DNA of 64,000 nucleotides from Chitinivibrionales bacterium (GTDB lineage Bacteria; Fibrobacterota; Chitinivibrionia; Chitinivibrionales; WJKA01): NCBI GenBank assembly GCA_038247415.1, contig JBBRUX010000004.1, positions 61,657 to 125,656 of the forward strand, read 5' to 3'. Shown piece by piece: positions 57,583 to 64,000 of this stretch (position 1 is its first letter; each line of letters starts with the position of its first letter). The notes under the pieces were generated by a model. It saw only the letters and a program-made list of their open reading frames with translations, ran no database searches and was not told where the DNA came from. The position numbers and the translations under genes were made by a program.

Positions 57583-58893
57583 GTGGAATTGTTAAAATCT
57601 GTTCTTATCATCGGCGGCAATGGTCGTGAACATGCGCTCCTCAAGGCACTTCTTCGAAGCGAACGTGCGCTCTGCTTGTGGGCATACCCTGGAAATCCGG
57701 GCATGGTTGCCGACGGATGCCAGATTGTTGATCGCCCCATTGATGGTTGGGCAGAACTAGCCGAATGGGCCAAAGAACAAGAAATCGATCTTGTGGTTGT
57801 TGGCCCCGAATTGCCGCTTGTCGAGGGCATTGCCGATCTCATGCACGATAAAGGCATAGCGGTGTTTGGCCCCAGCCAAAAAGCTGCTCAAATCGAAGGC
57901 AGCAAAGAATTTGCCAAGCTGCTCATGAAAAAGTACAAAATCCCTACCGCCGAGTTTGAAGTTCATACCACCAAGGCATCGGCCATGGCGCATCTTAAGA
58001 AACATGGAGCGCCTATTGTTGTTAAAGCTTCGGGTCTGGCTGCTGGCAAGGGCGCAATAGTCTGCGAAACCGTTAAAGAAGCCGAATCTGCACTCAAAGC
58101 AATGTTCGATACAAAAGTATTTGGCGATGCAGCAAACTCTGTTGTGCTCGAAGGCAAAATGGAAGGCGAAGAAGCATCGGTCTTTGTATTAACAGACGGC
58201 AAAACATACAAAATACTGCCTGTAGCCCAAGATCATAAACAGATCGGCGAAGGCGACACCGGGCTCAATACGGGCGGCATGGGAGCGTATGCACCTGCCC
58301 CAATTGTCGATAAAAAACTACTCAAGCGTATCGAAGACGATGTTATTATTCCGACCCTATCGGCAATGAAAAAAGAAAAGTGTGTATTCACAGGGCTTTT
58401 ATATGTTGGAATTATGGTAACAAAAGATGGCCCCAAGGTTGTCGAGTTCAATTGCCGCTTTGGCGACCCAGAAACTCAAGCTGTCTTACCGCTTGTCTCA
58501 TGCGACTGGTTTGAAATTCTCAACGCCTGTGCCACCGGAAAGCTTGCTAATGTGGAATGGCATATCGCTAAAAAGTTTAGCGTTGCAATCACACTTGCAG
58601 CCAAAGGCTATCCCGGCAAATTCGAAAAAGGGAAACGCATCAAAGGCATTCATGCTGCAGAATATAATATCGAAAATGTCGATGTCTATCATGCAGGAAC
58701 AGCCCTTGACAAAGAAGGTCATCTCGTGAGTAACGGTGGACGCGTCCTTACGGTTACTGCCTGGGAACCAACACTCGAAAAAGCTATCCATACTGCCTAT
58801 AATGCCATTAGTCATATTAGTTACAATGGGAAAATATTCCGTAAAGACATTGGCGCAAAAGGCCTTGCTCGGCTTACCGTTAAAAAGAAATAA
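57583..58893 (+). CDS. purD: Phosphoribosylamine-glycine ligase
   Basis: GGNGREHAL, VVGPE, EGSK, KASGLAAGKG, NTGGMG and EFNCRFGDPE motifs. Confidence 0.97.
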   Translation: MELLKSVLIIGGNGREHALLKALLRSERALCLWAYPGNPGMVADGCQIVDRPIDGWAELAEWAKEQEIDLVVVGPELPLVEGIADLMHDKGIAVFGPSQKAAQIEGSKEFAKLLMKKYKIPTAEFEVHTTKASAMAHLKKHGAPIVVKASGLAAGKGAIVCETVKEAESALKAMFDTKVFGDAANSVVLEGKMEGEEASVFVLTDGKTYKILPVAQDHKQIGEGDTGLNTGGMGAYAPAPIVDKKLLKRIEDDVIIPTLSAMKKEKCVFTGLLYVGIMVTKDGPKVVEFNCRFGDPETQAVLPLVSCDWFEILNACATGKLANVEWHIAKKFSVAITLAAKGYPGKFEKGKRIKGIHAAEYNIENVDVYHAGTALDKEGHLVSNGGRVLTVTAWEPTLEKAIHTAYNAISHISYNGKIFRKDIGAKGLARLTVKKK

Positions 58894-58902
58894 GGAATAC
58901 TT

Positions 58903-59361
58903 ATGGGAAAAGTAGCTATTGTTATGGGTTCAAAGTCAGATTGCGCGGTTGCGGAATCTGCAGAAGCAGTCCTTCGCGAGTTTGGCATCGAATACGAAAC
59001 AGCGGTTATTTCAGCACATCGGAATCCCGTTAAAATTAAAAAATTTGCCCTTGGAGCTGAAGCTGCAGGGATTGATGTGATTATCGCTATGGCTGGTTTG
59101 GCCGCGCATTTGCCAGGCGTCATTGCAAGCCTTACGGTATTGCCCATCATTGGAATTCCCATTGCCTCTGGACCACTCAACGGAGTTGACGCCCTCTACT
59201 CTATTGTCCAAATGCCTCCCGGTATCCCCGTTGCTTCTGTTGGTATTGGTAATGCAAAAAATGCAGCACTTTTGGCGGTGCAAATAATTTCGGTGAGCGA
59301 CAAGTCTTTACGGGAAAAGCTTAAAACCTATCGCCAACAATTTGGTGACGATGTCGTGTAA
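58903..59361 (+). CDS. purE: N5-CAIR mutase
   Basis: MGSKSD, SAHR, AAHLPG and SIVQMPPGIPVA motifs. Confidence 0.97.
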   Translation: MGKVAIVMGSKSDCAVAESAEAVLREFGIEYETAVISAHRNPVKIKKFALGAEAAGIDVIIAMAGLAAHLPGVIASLTVLPIIGIPIASGPLNGVDALYSIVQMPPGIPVASVGIGNAKNAALLAVQIISVSDKSLREKLKTYRQQFGDDVV

Positions 59362-59986
59362 AAGGGTTTTACTTGCCGATATTCTTGCGTCACCTGCATT
59401 TGCACAACAATTCTGTGTAGAATTTGGTAGCGCCCTTAAACAGGGCGCTTTATGCATTTATCCTACAGAAACTATTTATGGCCTTGGTGGCCTGCAAAAT
59501 AATACGAGTGTTGCCGCGCGGATCTTCGAGGCAAAAAAGCGCCCTACTACCCATCAACTTATTGTTCTCTCGGCCTCATTTTCGGCGCTCTCTGCACTCG
59601 ACCTTAATTGGGCTCCCAATGCGTGCATGCTTTCGCAGACTTTCTGGCCCGATAACCTGACTCTGGTTTTACCCACTGGCGACGATACGACCCTTGGCAT
59701 TCGTCAATCTTCGCATCCCTTTATGCAAACACTCCATGCTCATCAAATCGGCCCACTTTACTCAACAAGTGCAAATATAAGTGGTCAACCGTACCATAAC
59801 GACATCAATCAGATATACGACGACTTCAAGGATTCAGTCGAATATTGCATCGATGCAGGGGAGCTGGCAGCATCTCTGCCCTCTACGGTAGTTTCGATCT
59901 CGGCAGATAATAAGGTTACTGTTTTAAGGGAGGGAGCGCTTCCTGCGCAGATGATTTACCAAGCCGTCGACACAATATCCTCATAA
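59351..59986 (+). CDS. tsaC: L-threonylcarbamoyladenylate synthase (YrdC/Sua5)
   Basis: YPTETIYGLG, KKRP, FWP..LTLVL, STSANISG and PSTVV motifs. Confidence 0.9.
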   Translation: MSCKRVLLADILASPAFAQQFCVEFGSALKQGALCIYPTETIYGLGGLQNNTSVAARIFEAKKRPTTHQLIVLSASFSALSALDLNWAPNACMLSQTFWPDNLTLVLPTGDDTTLGIRQSSHPFMQTLHAHQIGPLYSTSANISGQPYHNDINQIYDDFKDSVEYCIDAGELAASLPSTVVSISADNKVTVLREGALPAQMIYQAVDTISS

Positions 59987-60069
59987 GAAACTCCCCACCA
60001 GACCCTGTTGCCTTATGGGAATTTGAGAGCCCCGGACTTCGTTACGCGGCGCACGTTGACACAAGAGAG

Positions 60070-61932
<1,863 letters not shown>

Positions 61933-62062
61933 GACTAAACCCTACCTGATTTTGTTAAGAGGTACCACGTAAACCAATCTCGATTTTATACTATCAATGC
62001 TCAAAGGTATCTTGAAAAAATAAGCTCAGGAACCCTTTTGTGCAATCGATATACCATTCGTA

Positions 62063-62091
62063 TTGACCGCAGCTCATTTCTCCAGTATAAT
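62063..62091 (+). promoter_or_regulatory. Sigma-70 promoter of the HD-GYP gene
   Basis: TTGACC-N17-TATAAT. Confidence 0.7.
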
Positions 62092-62172
62092 TAAATGATT
62101 CAAAATCACAGTTTATCTTTATAGTAAAAGTATAACTAAGGACTATGAGAGTAGCACCAGAATGAGGACTTC

Positions 62173-63381
62173 ATGAACGGCATTACCCAAGAAATTATTC
62201 AAATTGATATTGACGAGCTTCGTGAGGGCATGTTTGTTGGCGATGTCTTTAATGAACATGACGTATTGCTGCTCTCTTCAAATACACTTATAGATTCTCC
62301 AGAACAGATCATCCGACTCAGAAATTCAGGGATTCATCATCTACAAATTAATCTGCGCAAGGGAATTGCTCCCATCAGGACGGCGTCTGCCGCAGAAGAA
62401 GAATCCCATCAACGCGAACTCGAATATTATAAAGAACTTCCCAGAGCTCTGGAAATTAGGCAAGAAACGCTCTCTGCTGCTAAAGATGCGCTGTTGGCTA
62501 TCCGCAAAGGGCGTGTTCTGGCTCTCGACAAAATAGAAAATGCTGCCGAAGAAATGGTGCAAAGCATTCTTCGCAATTCCGATGCGCTTATAAGCCTTTG
62601 CCAGATAAAAGGCCATGACGAATACACATATATGCATTCTGTAAATGTAGGAGTTCTAGTCGCCTCACTCGCCCATGCAATGAACTACCACTCCAATGAA
62701 CTTTTGCATGTGGGGATTGGAGGAATTCTTCATGATATCGGCAAAATGCGAGTACCCGAACAAATTCTTAATAAACCTGGTAAATACGCCGATTGGGAAT
62801 ACGAGATAATGAAACAGCACCCCGAGCATGGGCTTAGTCTCATTGAGGATAAAAAAAACATCCCTCAATTATCACGGCTTATTGTTATTCAGCATCACGA
62901 ACGATATAATGGAAAAGGTTATCCTTACGGTCTTTGCGGAACCCAAATCAATGAAGTAGGCCTCATGGCTGCGGTTGCAGATGTTTACGATGCCTTAACT
63001 TCCGACCGGGTTTACCGGGCTGCTTGGACTCCACAAAAAGCACTGGCGCTCATTTTTACAGGGTGTGATCAAGACTACTCCCGCAGCGTTGTCGAACGAT
63101 TTACGCGCATGCTTGGCGTATATCCCGTAGGCAGTTTTGTAAAGCTTGGTACCGGTGAATTAGGCGTGGTTACCCGGGTTGAACCAGGAAAGCTTCTGGC
63201 CCCCATTATTACGGTGCTCTTTGATCCAACAGGAGCTCGTTTAGCCACAGCTCTCGAATACGATTTATCAGAATTACAGAAAAGCCCAAATGGGGCACAA
63301 TATAAAATCGAAGTATCGCTTAACCCTAAAGCATTTAGAATAGATGTCAGTCAATTTATTGGCAAATCTTTGGGAAACTAA
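62173..63381 (+). CDS. HD-GYP cyclic-dinucleotide phosphodiesterase with DUF3391-like N-terminus
   Basis: ELREGMFV, YTYMHSVNV, LHDIGK, HHERYNGKGYP and VADVYDALTSDR motifs. Confidence 0.93.
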   Translation: MNGITQEIIQIDIDELREGMFVGDVFNEHDVLLLSSNTLIDSPEQIIRLRNSGIHHLQINLRKGIAPIRTASAAEEESHQRELEYYKELPRALEIRQETLSAAKDALLAIRKGRVLALDKIENAAEEMVQSILRNSDALISLCQIKGHDEYTYMHSVNVGVLVASLAHAMNYHSNELLHVGIGGILHDIGKMRVPEQILNKPGKYADWEYEIMKQHPEHGLSLIEDKKNIPQLSRLIVIQHHERYNGKGYPYGLCGTQINEVGLMAAVADVYDALTSDRVYRAAWTPQKALALIFTGCDQDYSRSVVERFTRMLGVYPVGSFVKLGTGELGVVTRVEPGKLLAPIITVLFDPTGARLATALEYDLSELQKSPNGAQYKIEVSLNPKAFRIDVSQFIGKSLGN

Positions 63382-63414
63382 CTACCGCACCAGGCATGAT
63401 TCGAAAGGAAATCT

Positions 63415-63648
63415 ATGGCATCGGGACATTGCAAACTATACGACGAGAGCTTAGTCCGAAACATAATGGTCTCTACAGGACTCTCAATCTACGAGTTTAT
63501 GAACGGAAAACGGAGAGTCAGCGTTGGAGACATCTGTGAATACATAGAAATTCACGCAGCAAACATCATCGCATCAACCATAGAGGATCTCAACAGAAGT
63601 CAAGAACCGCTCGACCCAACACTACCCGACGGCGACGATATTTTTTAA
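63415..63648 (+). CDS. Small hypothetical protein with acidic tail
   Basis: AAAGGA RBS; 77 aa; co-oriented between the HD-GYP gene and the tRNA. Confidence 0.6.
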   Translation: MASGHCKLYDESLVRNIMVSTGLSIYEFMNGKRRVSVGDICEYIEIHAANIIASTIEDLNRSQEPLDPTLPDGDDIF

Positions 63649-63703
63649 TGTTCACCTGCAACCAGTTGCACTGTTAGCGCTCGTGATGTAATTTTTTTTC
63701 CAA

Positions 63704-63790
63704 GCCGAAGTGGTGAAACTGGTAGACGCAGAGGACTCAAAATCCTCCGCACGCAAGTGCATGGCGGTTCGATTCCGCCCTTCGGCACCA
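63704..63790 (+). tRNA. tRNA-Leu(CAA)
   Basis: GCCGAAG/CTTCGGC acceptor stem, anticodon arm GAGGA-CTCAAAA-TCCTC, long variable arm, GGTTCGATTCC T-loop and encoded CCA. Confidence 0.97.
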
Positions 63791-63793
63791 TCT

Positions 63794-63840
63794 AAAACCC
63801 TCGAAATTCTGCAAATTAAGCGGTTTTGAGGGTTTTTTTT
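63794..63840 (+). terminator. Terminator hairpin after the tRNA
   Basis: AAAACCCTCGAAA...TTTTGAGGGTTTT followed by a T-run. Confidence 0.7.
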
Positions 63841-63918
63841 ATATCCCCTCGTTTCTCTCGAATGCCCTATTTTACCCCGGCTGGTTTCAGGCAAGATGTC
63901 CGTTTAGTGAAATTTAGT

Positions 63919-64000
63919 TCATGCTGCCGCTTGATCCATCATTGTGCGATGTTTCAATCGGACTGTTTCTGGTATGGCAAACACCTTCTTTCTTGTGCCA
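63919..64000 (-). CDS. Possible 3' end of a gene convergent on the tRNA
   Basis: Open frame ...GTRKKVFAIPETVRLKHRTMMDQAAA* runs to the window edge; too short to identify. Confidence 0.3.
   Translation of the reverse strand, partial: GTRKKVFAIPETVRLKHRTMMDQAAA

Noticed and set aside
59987..60069. GC-rich gap between convergent genes as a ribozyme or riboswitch
   Set aside because: I could not build a consistent fold or match a known consensus by eye
63652..63894. 80-aa minus-strand ORF
   Set aside because: It is the antisense shadow of tRNA-Leu

Overview
A mostly core-chromosomal 64-kb bacterial window. A TIGR02147-family gene, acpP-fabF-rnc synteny and an FlgD-Ig-like domain point to Fibrobacterota (Chitinivibrionia-like); this assignment is inferred. 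Housekeeping genes include a glgA-like gene, nnr, rel, rfbA/rfbC, xerC, trxA, the yceD-rpmF-plsX-fabH-fabD-fabG-acpP-fabF-rnc cluster, ssb, panB, lepB, dinB, purD/purE, tsaC and tRNA-Leu(CAA). Five parts stand out. (1) A translationally coupled triad encodes an L,D-transpeptidase-like enzyme, an ~850-aa coiled coil with about 20 strict 31-residue repeats, and Rel. (2) A perfect sigma-54 promoter with a palindromic upstream site precedes three paralogous Gly-rich secreted beta-barrel-like genes, a DUF4390-like gene and an NtrY/NtrX-like pair. (3) An accessory patch at 49.2-56.2 kb holds a decayed Rhs toxin/immunity module, a DUF86 remnant, three structured DNA/RNA elements and a lexA-dnaE2-imuB-like cassette with an unfamiliar palindromic operator over its promoter. 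(4) A TIGR02147 gene is paired with a 'GTETGNP' lipoprotein. (5) A TonB-like-anchored DUF4159-like protein carries an inserted FlgD-Ig-like segment. No CRISPR array, rRNA or intact transposase was seen. All family assignments come from reading motifs by eye; no searches were run.
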